DNA of 64,000 nt, from positions 487,236 through 551,235 of the forward strand of contig NW_003314310.1 in NCBI RefSeq assembly GCF_000143415.4, read 5' to 3'. The position numbers were made by a program, and so were the translations under genes. Below the pieces are notes generated by a model. That model was not told the DNA's origin. It did no database searches and saw only the letters and a program-made list of their open reading frames with translations. This DNA comes from Selaginella moellendorffii (lineage: Eukaryota > Plantae > Lycopodiophyta). Positions 51,800-63,249 of this stretch are shown here, one piece after another. Within the stretch, counting starts at the first letter, position 1. Every line of letters begins with the position of its first letter.

Positions 51800-52900
51800 T
51801 GAAGTACAGCTCATGGGATCTGTTTGGATCTCTACAAAAAGACTATCTCATTTCCATCCTCAAGCATGAAGTGGAGATTTCCACTCTCTTGGATCCCAAG
51901 GCGAGTGTAATTGTCTAGGACAACTCCTTTGGACCTTTATGCTAGTGTATACATCTTAAACATCCATTCATTCACTCATGAGGTTAGTACATCGTGAATC
52001 TAACACCCATGCTTGTCCATTCTGCTCAACCTCTGCATTATGATTCTCTTCATCACTCTTGTGGCTTGCTCAGGTTTGCAACAACATTGGTAGGACAATC
52101 TTGGGCTCAGTGTCCAATCTCCCAACACATCTTGTATTGGTCACAATGCATGCACCTTGTGCTATCTCAACCATCTCCCTTATGAAACCAATTGCAAATG
52201 ACTGAAAACACTGCCTCCATCTCCTTGGCTTCCTCAACCAGCTCGGTTCCAGACATTGCATTGAGCCCCCATTCTCAGCGTCCTTGCCATCTATTTTCTT
52301 CAGCTGGAGCCAACTAGCTCTTGTTTAGCATACATAGCATGGTGGACTTTGTAGGTTTGAGCTTTCTTTGCTCGCAGCAATGCAGTATTGATGAACTTTG
52401 CCACAGCACCATCAAACATCAAGTTCCCTTCTCTCGTCATCTCCACACAGCCATCCTACTCTCTTAGCAATGACTTGTAGAGTAGGATCTTTTGCATTGA
52501 ATCCGGAACCTCATGTTCCTTTCCTTGGGCAGCAAGATCTAAAAAGAGTTTGCTAAATGTTTGTGTGTGCACCTGCATATCCCCACCATCCTCAAACATA
52601 TGCAATCTGAGAATGAATCCTCATCACCTCTATGTCTGAGTGTTTGTTATATTCATCATCGAGCCACTTCCAAAGCTTTATGGCATCGCTCATCTCAGCC
52701 GAGCAAGACCCCATAGCTCAAAAAGGAGCAAATGCATCCTATAGCTCACTGGTTTTTGAGCTTCCTCTGATCATCTTTTGGGCCTCAATTCCATTATTAA
52801 TCCTTTTCAGCTCTTGATCAGATCCATCCATATGGGTCAATTGATCTCTTTTATAGGGCAAAATCCTTGCCCTTGAAGAGGAATGGGCAAATGCCCACCT
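51800..52900 (-). mobile_element. Degenerate LTR-retrotransposon gag (copia-like UBN2 + zinc knuckle)
   Basis: FEDGGDMQVHTQTFSKLFLDLAAQG..QKILLYKSL; knuckle MCWEIGH*AQDC near 52100-52135. Confidence 0.6.
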
Positions 52901-53435
52901 CCTGGGCCTCTGCCATCACAGCCTAGACACTAGAATACCTCGGCCTGCTCCGATTTTCTCCCCAATCATGTGATGCTTTCTAGTGCATAGTCAAGCTGTA
53001 AACATATACATGGCTTACCTCAACAACAAAGAACACAATGACAAAATATGGTTAGGAAATGCTACCTCAACAACAGAGAACGAGGAGATCTCACTCAAGA
53101 CCAAATGGCATGCCAAATGATGAAGATTTGAGAGCAAACTGAGCTTTAAAATATACTTTCATGCAATGAAAACAGTGACATCTCTAAGCGATCCAAGCAT
53201 GTGAGGGGAGAAGAGACCTAGATCTATCACACAAGAGAATTGGCACTCTAGAACATGAGAATGGCATTGTAAATCTCTCAAACTCTCCAAGAATGACTAG
53301 AAAGACAGAAATCTCTACTCCATGGCACATCTTAGTGTCAGGGCCTGTAAGGAGTGCAAGAAGACACTGGAAACTATACATCTATATGAGAAATGAGAGA
53401 AAGAGAAGGATTGTGATGCTCTCATCTGGATCCTG

Positions 53436-53850
53436 CTGTGGTCGCCATTTGTTGAGGGTGGCCAGCCCTATGCCTCTCTAGCACATCTCTCTCGCTAGAA
53501 CACGATAATAAAGAGTGGGAACCCTGATTGTGGCTGGGTATGAGAATATTTTAGGATCAAAATATTCCTGTTAACCTAGAATCATCTATGGAAAATCCAC
53601 TAGCTGAGTTTGTACAGAAGGTCATGTCATGCACCACAAGCCAAGAGGTCCACCCAAACCTGACAAGCAAGAATACCTTCAACACCTTAAGCCCACAGTT
53701 CAAGAGGTATGTGACTGTGGCCAGGACTAAAGCACCTCTGGCCAGGTTTTAGCAATGCCATTACCCACCGCAGAGTCACTCATAAGTGCTTTTTGCAAAC
53801 CCAAGCAAAAATTTTATTAAGTATTTTTGTGTTCACGCAAAATTTATGGA
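53436..53850 (-). mobile_element. LTR end with Arg-tRNA-type primer-binding site
   Basis: Minus strand ..caaCA-aa-TGGCGACCACAG, complementary to a plant tRNA-Arg 3' end CTGTGGTCGCCA (recalled); LTR far boundary approximate. Confidence 0.55.
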
Positions 53851-53879
53851 TTGGCCCTGAGGCCAAGATAGCATTAATA

Positions 53880-54310
53880 ATCTTAGTCTATCAAAATAAA
53901 TGTTTTGAGATTAACATATGGATCTACAGTAAAAAGCCTAATGGGGTATTGAGCTTTTAATAGAAATTTTAGCAAATTATTGTACATCAAATATTAAAAA
54001 TAAAATTTGTACAAATCCATTAATAATTATTAGATATAAATATCTACTATTATTGAGTGGTGAAAAATAGGATATTTACTAAATCTAACCTTCTAGTTTC
54101 TCTAAGAGTATGAATTAACTCACAAGGAAAATTGTAATTTAGTGTGAATTTGGATATGGATATATGCTTTACAGGGAATTGACATAATTTTCTTTAAAAA
54201 TACAAGCATATGATTTATTGATACTAATTGTCCAAGCTGTAAATTAACAACACTATCAGTAAAGGATGATATATTTAAGTGGTTCAAATGAAAATAAAGT
54301 AATAAATTAT
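53880..54310 (+). pseudogene. Heavily deleted copy 2 of the unknown-domain + B-lectin gene
   Basis: catatggatctacagtaaaaagcctaatggg and tgagtggtgaaaaata..gaattaactc..aggaaaattgtaatttagtgt match 59165-59560. Confidence 0.8.
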
Positions 54311-54640
54311 CTCTAGTAATAATTAGAAAAAGAAATTGTATAGTTGTTTTCTTTTTTTGAGTTTCTTTTCACCTTCACTTGAAATCAAACACGCATTGAC
54401 ATCCAAACTATAACTGATTGATATAAGTCTGATAGTAATAATATGCAATTTTGGACAGACCATATAAATTACCAATCTAGACCACTATATAGGTAAAATC
54501 AATTGTGCAATGTACAAAAACTTCAAAAAGTTCCACAGGGTGTAGAAATTGTTTTAAAATCCAAACATTAATTTAAATCAAAGAATATGCTATAATCTCC
54601 AAGTATATTCTGTCATCGAAAAAATTACTTTTGAAATGTT

Positions 54641-57205
54641 TTGTTGGCATTTTTCTGGATGCATAAAGTTGCTGCCAAGCAAGCACAAGCACTGAGAGCC
54701 AGCGCCCAAGACACGCTCGCGCACGCTGTGAATCTCTGCGGGAACTCCAAAGATCTTGGGGAGCTCAAGCGCATCCACAATCTCATCACCCAGACTCCAC
54801 ACTCCCACAACACTTTCCTCCTCAATCTTCTCGTACGAATGTATGGCAAGTGCGCAAGCCTCGACGACGCACGCTTGGTGTTTGAATCCATCCCGGAGCC
54901 CAATGAATTCTCCTGGACAATAATTGTCTCAGCATTTGCCCAAAATGGGCAGCTATCTAGCGCGAAGGAGTACTTTGACAAGGCTCCGATTAAAACCCTT
55001 GTTACTTACAATGTGATGATCACTGGCTATGGACACCAGAAAAACGTCCACCAAGCGCAAGATATCTATGGTCGGATGTCGTCATGGAACGCCGTCACGT
55101 GGAATGTGATGCTGCAGACATTTGCCCAAAACCGGCATTTGCGTAACGCAAGGAATTTGTTTGACCAAATGCGCGTTCGCGATGAGGTTGCCTGGACGAC
55201 GCTGATCTGCGCCTACCTGGTCAACGGGAATCTCGAATGGGCGTCTTCGATGCTTGAAAAGATGCCTGCTCACGACGTAGTTGTATCAACCGCGATGGTT
55301 TCGGCGAATGCTCAAGCGGGGCAAATAGATGAAGCCAAATACCTGTTCGATCAAATGCCGATTCACAGCACCGAATCTTGGAATGCTTTAATGAATACTG
55401 GATTGTCAAGTGCTGAATTGTGCAAATCTCTCTTCGACGAGAATCCTGCGCGTGATGTTTTCTCGTGGAACACCCTCATATCGGTACATGCCCAGACCGG
55501 GGATTATCAAGAAGCTGTCCAGATATTCAATCGGATGCCCGTACGAAACACAGTATCGTACAACCTCGTAATCGCGGCAAATGCCGAGGCCGGGAATCTT
55601 TGGCAAGCGTGGCGTATCTTTGACGAGATGCCGTGTAAAGATTCGGTTTCCTGGAACTCTTTAATCCAGGGGTATGCCCAACTTGGGTATGTTGACGATG
55701 CCAGAGTCATGTTTGATACAATGGTTGCAAAAACCATTGTATCGTGGAACATAATGGTGACTGCCTATGCTCAAGTTGGTCATTCTTTGAAAGCGATCCA
55801 TGCCTTCAACAAGATGCCGACTCACAACGTTGTTTCTTGGATGGTTGTCGTTCAAGCTTGCATCGATTCTAGTCTTGCATCGGAGGTGTTGGAGCTTATC
55901 GACAGGATTCCTGGCGATGTTCTCACCCCGATATTGTGGACTGAGCTCTTCACCATTCTCGTCAGCAACGAAAAGTTTGGAGAGGCCAGCAATCTGTTTA
56001 GAAACATGAGCCAGCGGGACGTAATATGCTGGAACGCGATGATTTCTGCGTGTGGTCACAGTAGACACATTGCTGAAGCTGACGATCTGTTTGCCAAAAT
56101 CCCTTGCCGGAGCATATCTTCGTGGAACAACATGATGGCCGTGCTTTCCAACGCCGGTGAAATCCTCCAGGCGAAACTGGTTTTCGACGATATGCCCGTG
56201 AGAGAAGTGTTGTCGTGGAACACGCTGATGGCGACATTTGTTCAGCAGGAAGATTTGGCTGCTGCTTCTCAAGAAGTTTTTGCAAAGATGCCGTGCTGGG
56301 ACCTCGTTTCTTTCAACTCGATGATAAGTGCGTTCTGCAAGAGCAACCAGCTGAAACAAGCCAAGTCCGTCTTTGACGAGGCGCCCGAGAGAGATTTTGT
56401 TTCCTGGAACGCAATGGTAGCTGCAGATGCCGGCGGAAGCTGTAACGTCTTTGAAAAGATGCCGCACTTCAGCATTGTGGCTTGCAACGTTATGGTGGCG
56501 GTGCTTGCCCGAAAAAAACTCTATGATTCCGCGAAGCAAGTCTTTGATGAAATGCCGGAAAGGGATGTGGTGTCTTGGAACACGTTTGTTGCAACAAATG
56601 CCCAAATCGGGGATCTTGAGCTTGCGGTATCCACCTACACGCGAATGTCTTCGTGGAACTTGGTATCGTGGAATTCGATAATGTCTGTATACCTAGTCAC
56701 TGGCCACGACCAAAAAGTGAAAGAGATCCTAGACGCCACTCCCGAGAAGGACGTGATCACCTGGAACACTATCGTCACGGCATTTGCCAGCTCGCGTTCG
56801 AGCGAAGCCCTCGCAATGTTTCGCGAGATGCTGCTCGACGGCGTCAATCCCGACGAGGTCTCAGTGACCGGGGCTCTCGCGGCACTGAGCCACTTGGGCC
56901 AGGCGCAAGAGTGCTACCAGTTCTTCGTGGGGATCTGGAGCGACTTTGGCGTGAATCCTTCGCGAGAGCACTACTGTTGCGTGGTCGATCTCCTCGCGCG
57001 GCTGGGGGAATTGGGCGACGCGGAAGAGGTTACCAGAGTGGTGGACAAAACGGTGACCTCGACAGTGGCTTGGGGGTGCCTGTTGAGCGCGTGTAGAGCC
57101 CAAGGATCGCTAGAACACGGTGTGCGAGCTGCCCAGCACGCCATAGCACTGGAACCATGGAAGATCTCAGCCTACTCGATGCTCTCCAATGTTATAGCTT
57201 GCTAG
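54641..57205 (+). CDS. S/SS-motif-rich PLS-class PPR protein with E domain
   Basis: 854-aa single ORF with about 20 tandem ~31-aa motifs (FDxMPxxDVVSWN..), ending HYCCVVDLLARLG..AWGCLLSACR..SAYSMLSNV. Confidence 0.93.
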   Translation: MLAFFWMHKVAAKQAQALRASAQDTLAHAVNLCGNSKDLGELKRIHNLITQTPHSHNTFLLNLLVRMYGKCASLDDARLVFESIPEPNEFSWTIIVSAFAQNGQLSSAKEYFDKAPIKTLVTYNVMITGYGHQKNVHQAQDIYGRMSSWNAVTWNVMLQTFAQNRHLRNARNLFDQMRVRDEVAWTTLICAYLVNGNLEWASSMLEKMPAHDVVVSTAMVSANAQAGQIDEAKYLFDQMPIHSTESWNALMNTGLSSAELCKSLFDENPARDVFSWNTLISVHAQTGDYQEAVQIFNRMPVRNTVSYNLVIAANAEAGNLWQAWRIFDEMPCKDSVSWNSLIQGYAQLGYVDDARVMFDTMVAKTIVSWNIMVTAYAQVGHSLKAIHAFNKMPTHNVVSWMVVVQACIDSSLASEVLELIDRIPGDVLTPILWTELFTILVSNEKFGEASNLFRNMSQRDVICWNAMISACGHSRHIAEADDLFAKIPCRSISSWNNMMAVLSNAGEILQAKLVFDDMPVREVLSWNTLMATFVQQEDLAAASQEVFAKMPCWDLVSFNSMISAFCKSNQLKQAKSVFDEAPERDFVSWNAMVAADAGGSCNVFEKMPHFSIVACNVMVAVLARKKLYDSAKQVFDEMPERDVVSWNTFVATNAQIGDLELAVSTYTRMSSWNLVSWNSIMSVYLVTGHDQKVKEILDATPEKDVITWNTIVTAFASSRSSEALAMFREMLLDGVNPDEVSVTGALAALSHLGQAQECYQFFVGIWSDFGVNPSREHYCCVVDLLARLGELGDAEEVTRVVDKTVTSTVAWGCLLSACRAQGSLEHGVRAAQHAIALEPWKISAYSMLSNVIAC

Positions 57206-57216
57206 AATTAATGTCT

Positions 57217-57273
57217 AGCGTACACGTGGCATTTAAATTGCCCTGACTAATGTTCAGCGTACACGTGGCATTT
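57217..57273 (+). promoter_or_regulatory. Duplicated G-box/ABRE-like element upstream of EFG1
   Basis: agcgtaCACGTGgcattt occurs twice, 39 bp apart. Confidence 0.55.
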
Positions 57274-57374
57274 GATTTGGCCGTTGGATGACCTTATCCA
57301 CATTTTCGCTCCTTTCTATATGGCGGCCAAGTGTTGGCGCATCTTCCTGGTGAGCGCCAACCCTAGGTAGAGGA

Positions 57375-58815
57375 ATGGCGCATGGTCCTTACGCCAAGAG
57401 GCGTGTCGCCGGAAGATCTCCGTCGCTGGGGGGCGGGTATGCCGCGCGATCGTCCCGCGGGCTGGCTGTGCGCGGCAAGGAAGGGGATCGCAAGGCAATT
57501 CGCAACCAGATTCGCTCCATCGAGCGCCTGCTCAAGAAGGTAAGCTCGAATTCTTCGGGAATTCGGAAAGTGCTGGATCGCGTTTGCAGACTCTCCCTCT
57601 CGAGATCAAGACCGCGCATGAGAAGCGGCTGGAAGATCTCAGGCGGCAGGCGGAGCTCCACGCGCATCGGAAATTGGCTCTGCGGGATAGAAAGCTAAAG
57701 TTCTTTGGTGAGTGGAGTCGCTTTACTTTCTTTTTATTCGTTTGGATCTCTTTGGATGCTTAGAACGTAGGAAGCTTGAGAGAAGAATTCGACGTCTGGA
57801 GAAGCAGCATCGCTGGAACTTGGATCATCATCCACACCAGGCAAATGCCTCAAGACAAATAGCCGGCATCGCGGATCAACTTGCAAGGCTGAAAGAAGAC
57901 CTTGAATACGTGCGGGTATGTAGCGAAGACAAAGTCTTCTCTTCTTTCTCGTCTTTATCTCATATCGAGGCTCGTCACTGAAAAACCAGGTTCACTGTCG
58001 TGCAGTTTTTTCCAAAGTCTGAAAGGTATGTATCACTGTTTATCGGGAGTGACGACGAGCTCACGAGATCCCGGAGGCTGGAAATCCGTGAGAAGATTAA
58101 ATCCCGACGAAGTGCTGCCGCGGCTGCGGGAACTGAGCTCGAAGGTAGAAAAGAAAAGAAGCAAAGTTCTGAATGGTCCTCTAACTCTCTTTTACAACTT
58201 AGAGACGGGGAGCGAAGACGAGGAGCCCATGGACTTGAGCGAGGATGATATATTTATCGAAGGAAGCTCCAGTGACGATGCCGATGCCGATGATGAGTGG
58301 ACAGACAGAAGTCCGAGGTATTTTTTTCCATGCTTTCAAGTTTATAGTAGCACTTCGTTTCATTCTTTTAGGCCAGGAGATGACAGGGATGATACCTCAA
58401 GAGACACAGATGTTGCTCCACAGCATAGGGAGGTAATCTTTTCAGTGAAAAATCCACAACATTCTCTTTTGCTTTGGTTGTCTTTGGTTTTCTCCAGAGA
58501 CGAGAGTCAGCCGCAAGGGTGCTCATGCCGCCGCCTCGAGCCATGAACACGAACAGCATGGTCGTAAGGAACGTTTCGGTCGCCAGGAACAACTGCAACG
58601 CAAGCTATTCTTCTAGCACCAGTGAAGATGCGATGCTGAGCTGCAATTCTTCGTCGGGCATCAGCTCTGAGGTGATCAAGGTCACTGATCGCGAGCCATT
58701 TGTCGAATTCGTGAGTGCGGGCGAGAGCTCGTCATCCTTCTCTGATCACTCCAATGACAGCTATAACGACACATTTGATGAGCGAAGGAAGAAGAAACTA
58801 AAGCTTCCCCTATGA
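57375..58815 (+). CDS. EFG1: rRNA-processing protein EFG1 (DUF2361), multi-exon
   Basis: IRNQIRSIERLLKK, RYRKLKFF/ERRKLERRIRRLEK, LKEDLEYVR|FFPKSERYVSLF, acidic tail. Confidence 0.88.
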
Positions 58816-58902
58816 AATTTGTTTTATTAGGCGCGATACACTATATGAAGCTAATTCTTGTAATAGTGATTTTCAATTTAGTAAATTTATAATATTATTT
58901 CT

Positions 58903-59782
58903 GATGGATACAAAATAGCTGGTAATTGTTTTATTTGGCATTTCACATTTCTGTGTATTTTCCATGAAGCTAGCTATAGTGACTCTCAATCTGACTGTTA
59001 AAGCAGATGTAAATTGGGATGCTCTTACACTTTATAGATTTATTACTAGAAGTGATATTAATGAAATTGGAAAATTTTTAGTGATACTAAAATAGAAGAA
59101 ACATATAAATAGTATAATGCCTTTACTTGGACTGAAACTCTTTACCAAATAAAGTCGTTGAAATTACCATATGGATATACAGTAAAAATCCTAATGGGAT
59201 GTGTAGTATGGCATGGAGACAGACAGGGACAGGGGCATCAGGAGAAGAAATTATTGGAAAACTTAATCAGCTTTTGTTTGATATCTTAAAAGAAGCTCGA
59301 GTGGGAAATTATGGTCTTATAGCTGCTACTTTGGATTATGTTGGTATCAAATACAAACTACTAAATGCTAGAAGATATAACTCTAAGAGAATAATAATAA
59401 AACTTTTAGAAATGCAGCTGTTAATAATTGTTGGATTTACAGGTCTACACTTATGAGTGGTGAAAAATATGAGATAGGATCCTATTTACTCAAGTTGAAT
59501 CCACTAGTTTCTCCAAATGGATATTTTGAATTAACTCTTGAGGAAAATTGTAATTTAGTGTTAACATGGAAGAGAATGCATGTTTTATGGGAAAGTCCGA
59601 CCAGTAACAAAGGTATTGATTGCTGGTTACTTTTAAAAACCAGAAAATTAGTAATAAAAGATTTTAAAGATGTAGATATATGGTTTATAGATATTAAATC
59701 AACAATACTATCTGTGGAGGATGATGGATTTGTATATATAATTGGCTCAAATATCAATAAAGTACTAAAGCATTTTCCATAA
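58903..59782 (+). pseudogene. Unknown-domain + B-lectin-like gene, copy 3 (stops/frameshifts)
   Basis: ADVNWDALTLYRFITRSDINEIGK; GTGASGEEIIGKLNQLLFDILKEARVGNYG; LVSPNGYFELTLEENCNLVL..VLWESPTSNKG..SVEDDGFVYI. Confidence 0.78.
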
Positions 59783-60299
59783 TAAAATCTTTTGAATGCT
59801 TATATCGATAAACGATTTAGATACATATACACTCTTATAGCCTATGTAATCATGGGATTATTTGTATAGAATTGATGTGGCAATTCAATATATATATATA
59901 TATATATTAGCAATTGCCTAGCAAATGCTGGGTGGTTGGCAAATTGCATGCCATTTCGAGAGATTTGCTATGCTTAGTGATGTTTGCTACTTGATCAACT
60001 CCTAAATTGCTAAAGTGTCTAAGGATAACTCTCCAAATCTAAAAAAAAGAACTTAAAGTGAGCTAACATTGAAGGACAGCACGACTTTGGAGGATTAGAT
60101 GTTTTCTCCTGCCTAGGATACAACAAGCAGGTTCAGAGTGAATTGTCTTGCAATCATAAGATTGGCATTGATATCGCTGCCAGTAGTAGCCATAGCTACA
60201 TGACAAATGCTATGAATGTTGGGTGGTTGGGTTACTCTTACTCTCCCCTGTTGCATTATGGCTTGGAACTTGCTGCTCCAACACCTTGCTTAACACTTC

Positions 60300-60830
60300 C
60301 ACAAAGTATAAGAGTATGTTGGACACTCGAGCGTTTCGACCGGATGAAGCATCATGACAGACTAGGATATGCTAAAACAATGGAGAGCAAGATGGTTTTA
60401 AAGTTTTTGAATGCACAGGGCTGGAAGAAACACTACCAATCTTTGCAGTGGTGCTCCTGATGGCTTGTGGGACTTTGGTGGATTTGGAAACTGGAAGGGT
60501 ATTCTATGCTAGGATTTACAAGTGTCACAAATAGTGTTTATAGTGTAGAATTATAGCCACTGCTCAACACATCTTTGATTCCCCAGTGATATCTAAGGAC
60601 ATGGTTTTGTAACACATTGATAGCAGGCTATAGCTACCAAAGCAATGCAGCCAAAGTGGTGGAGATCTTTGGCAAGCTGTTAGAAGAGGGCACTAAGCCA
60701 AATGGATTTATATTCCTTTTTGTTATGGTGGTGTGCAATACCTCAGGATGGATTGAGTAGGGCCAAAAGTTTTTCCAAGAGATGTGGAGGTATGATGTAG
60801 CTCCAAGGAGTGCAATGCAAGCACCCTAAA
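60300..60830 (+). pseudogene. Highly decayed PLS-PPR remnant
   Basis: FDRMKHHD, NTLIAGYSYQ.., EGTKPNGFIFLFVMVVCNTSGWIE*GQKFFQEM. Confidence 0.65.
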
Positions 60831-61129
60831 TTGCCACTATGAATTGCCCTGAGTCTAGAAGGGATAATGCAAGACATGTTGCATTTTTCTTTTTCACACT
60901 AGCCAATCGTTAGCCAAGCTGGGCCAACCTTTGCTTGGCTAGTGCAAACATCCACAATTTTTTTACAAAAACCATGACTACTAAGCTTGGCCTAGACCTG
61001 GGATCCAACGGCCAGTAGGCCTCCCCACTATTGCTTTATATATATATATATAAAATAAGTGTGTGAAGTCCATGAACGACTCTCTACCAAAGATGTCACA
61101 AACGACTCTTTACCAAAGTTGCTCATGTA

Positions 61130-63100
61130 ATGAGTAATTTTGAGCTAGGGATTGGATAACGTACCTCAATTTGGTTTTCACCCGACTTAATGGCATATTG
61201 ACTTTGGCCTTTTTCGGGTAGGGACATTCTCTCGAAAAGTGTCTTGCTTCACCATAGTTGAAGCATATGTTGTTTCCCACGCTACTAGCCGACTTAACTT
61301 TCTTATTTATGGGTTTGTCAATTTTTGCTTGACTCCCCCACGTACTTGCTCGCTAGCTACTAGATCTGCCTTTCCGAACGCCTGAGAACTCATTCTTAGA
61401 GAAACTGTTCTTAAATTTCCCTTTGCCATATATCCTCCTTGGTTTAGCTCCTTTGCTGAACGTGGACCTTAACCCCATTATGTTCCTCTTTTGCAGGTTA
61501 TCATTGAAATGCATTTTAATAGCTGCATCCAATGTTTCCTTGTAGTTGGTCGTTCCAATGCATCACCTCGCCTCGAGCCCAGGTTTGCAAGCCTTATATG
61601 AAGACATGGAACACATCTATATCACCCATATCCATGACAAGTATCCTCTTTGCCATAAATGCATTCACATACTCTTGAATGGTTCTGATCTGCTTCAGCC
61701 TACTCAACTCATCCCTTAAGTGCAGAGTAGCATTTGGAGAAACATAAGTTGTATGGATCCTTACCTTCATCATTTCCCAAGTGGCCATTGGTCCTTTGCT
61801 AGCATCTATTGTTCCCCACTAAGACTTGGCATTATCTGCCAAATATAGTTTTGCATATAGGACCTTCGCCGAGCTCGGTAATTGCAATGCTTAGAAGTAA
61901 TCCTCTATATCGTAAAACCAATCCTCCACCATCTTATAGTCATTCACTCCCTTGAAGATTGGTGGGGGCTTTGGTTTGTACTTGGGAACTGCTTGAGGGA
62001 CTGATTCCACTTTGGTTTGTTTGACCTTGTTCAGTTCTGCCTCAATGCCCGCCGAAGGGTCCACGTCCTCTGCACTACCAGCATCTGTATTATTTCGCTT
62101 TTTCTTCTGCTTCTCGTCACACTTTAGCTTGCGTACAAGAGTCTTTAGCAAGGGATTAGTTTGTGCTAATTGTCCTTCTAGAATGTCCAATCAAGCCTTG
62201 GATAATTGAGCTTCACCACTAGACTTCTATGTGGAAGTTTCCTCATTAGAGTCCTCCTCATACAAAGATTCGTCATCTATAGCTTCTTGTTTGACCGGAG
62301 GCTCTAGCTGTGGAGGAGGTTCCGTCTCCACCTTGGTTCTTTTACGCCCTACCTTGGCCATCTTCTAGCAATCCACTTCTATCCTTCACTAGAACTGAGG
62401 AAAAGGCTTCGATACCAAATTGTAAGCCACAAATTTCTCCTTTCCAATTTATTAGCTCACCTCGTCTATCCGACCACCACGGCCTTGGCCTTAATTAACT
62501 TCCCTTGCCAAGGTTCCTACCTATTGTACCAACTCCTATTTAGTTTTACTTGGTTTTAGCAATTCATTGCACAAGCAACGGAGTATTAGCAATCCATCCA
62601 CAAATTCCTAAATTCTCTCCCAGTCCCTTTCCCCAAGCTAGACTAGACTTAAGATTCAGTTATACTCCCCACAGGCACAAGTAGCCAAGCACACCAAACC
62701 TCTAGATTCCTACCATCCCTTGGTACAACAAGACTTGATCAGGACACCCTCTAAATCCCAAGCCTTAAGTGCAACACTTGTTTCAGGACACCGGGGGGAA
62801 ACACCATGACCTAACGGCCCGGTATGGGTACCCCTATTCCCCCACTTCCATCCCAAAGGGAAGGCCCAAGCCCCTATGGAAAGCAAGGACCAATGAGCCG
62901 TAAGGTACTTAAATGGGGCACCACTCCACATGAGTCAAGAGCACTGCAATTGGTTTCCCTTCTGGAAGTGAGAGTTGCTCTTGAGCACTTCCTTGGGTGG
63001 CCCTTTTAACACCACTCGAGTCCATGCTCATTCCCACCCAAGGCCCCTCAACCCCAATTTCAACCTCAAGTCAGTTTAGAAGCACTATTGGAGAGTTTCT
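61130..63100 (-). mobile_element. Ty3/gypsy element 5' part: LTR (from 62421), Met-type PBS (62406-62417), decayed gag with zinc knuckle
   Basis: Minus ..cttaCA-att-TGGTATCGAAGC; PKPPPIFKGVNDYKMVEDWFYDIEDYF; LRDELSRLKQIRTIQEYVNAF; CFNYGEARHFSRECP. Confidence 0.85.
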
Positions 63101-63249
63101 TCAAAATTGGTTTCTAGACCTCACTATTCCTACTATACCCCATGTGGCCCCATGCCCCCCCCCCCCCCCCCCCATCTTGGGATTTTTGTTGTTGCTCTTA
63201 GTGAAGAGTGACAAAAAGATGGGACCAGAAGAAGTACCTTTAATGATTT

